Shown: positions 63,320 through 64,000 of the stretch, piece after piece
How the letters are laid out: every line of letters begins with the position of its first letter
Numbering within the stretch: position 1 is the first letter of the stretch
From: Callorhinchus milii
Taxonomy: Eukaryota
NCBI RefSeq assembly: GCF_018977255.1
Contig: NW_024704742.1
Coordinates: 80,354,001-80,418,000 of the forward strand
Length of the DNA: 64,000 nt
Reading direction: 5' to 3'
Translations under genes and position numbers: made by a program
Notes under the pieces: generated by a model
What the model was told of the DNA's origin: nothing
The model's database searches: none
The model's input: only the letters and a program-made list of their open reading frames with translations

Positions 63320-64000
63320 ACAATAAAATACATTGGTTTGCAAGTGGATTAAAGCGACAGGTAATGGGACTTTCTCTCTAGTATGTGGGTAAATGTATAT
63401 TTTTTTAGTTCACTAACAGTGGAATATAATTTAATAGTAATCGTTTACTGCTGCGTTAAACTTGTATCAGAAATGTGAAGTAGTTGAAATACAGTTAAAT
63501 GCATCCTTACTGTCTAAAGTGCTATTTTATGTTTGGTCGTAATTAGGTAGTCATAAAGGTTCTGCTGAATAGCCTGGGACATTTGCCACTTACTTTGCAC
63601 CGTTAACTCCATAATATTCAAGGCAATGCCCAGGATGAAAATTTATTATAACACTGCTTAAGAAATGTGAAGGCTCTTCATAGATTTCTTCGTCCCATTG
63701 AAAACCCTGCATAGTAACAGGAATATAGATGGAAGGGAGCCATAGTTTCCCCGACTCGTACACATTATATAATACCTTTGAAGTTAAGGTACACCACATA
63801 GTAGCTGTGCTCTTCTAACACTGAACCATTGTAATAAAGAAAGGGAAAGCTGGTATATTTACTAAGATTACCTATGGGCAGAGACTGGAGCAGCTGAACC
63901 TATTTTCAAGTGAAGTTTAAAAGGAAACCCAATGTTTTGGGAAGGTACAAAACATTGGGAACAGAGAATGGGAAGGGCAAGCGACACCAACAATAATTAA

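Overview
Repeat-dense eukaryotic (vertebrate) DNA. The repeat inventory points to a cartilaginous fish, possibly a holocephalan such as elephant shark; this is inference, not a database match. The window reads as a large intron or gene-poor intergenic interval, and I recognise no host protein-coding gene. Nearly all long ORFs are retrotransposon remnants: many L2 LINE fragments (one with a stop-free ~480-codon RT/C-terminal stretch at 23288-24733), an apparently full-length decayed CR1 LINE (25988-30184; ORF1 zinc-finger/coiled-coil plus SGNH esterase, ORF2 APE+RT, probable 10-bp TSD) and a 5'-truncated CR1 (56160-58085). There are more than a dozen tRNA-Ala-headed SINEs in long and short forms whose 3' stem-loop matches the L2 3' end with compensatory changes, plus older Deu-domain SINE copies. 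Less obvious items: a PIF/Harbinger transposase fossil (~60055-60470) missed by the ORF track, probable Penelope-like fossils, three perfect 17-23 bp hairpins, an unclassified four-copy repeat with a possible conserved 5' pseudoknot, inverted and nested SINE arrangements, and a few unverified exon-like segments. The sequence alone does not establish any new biological system.
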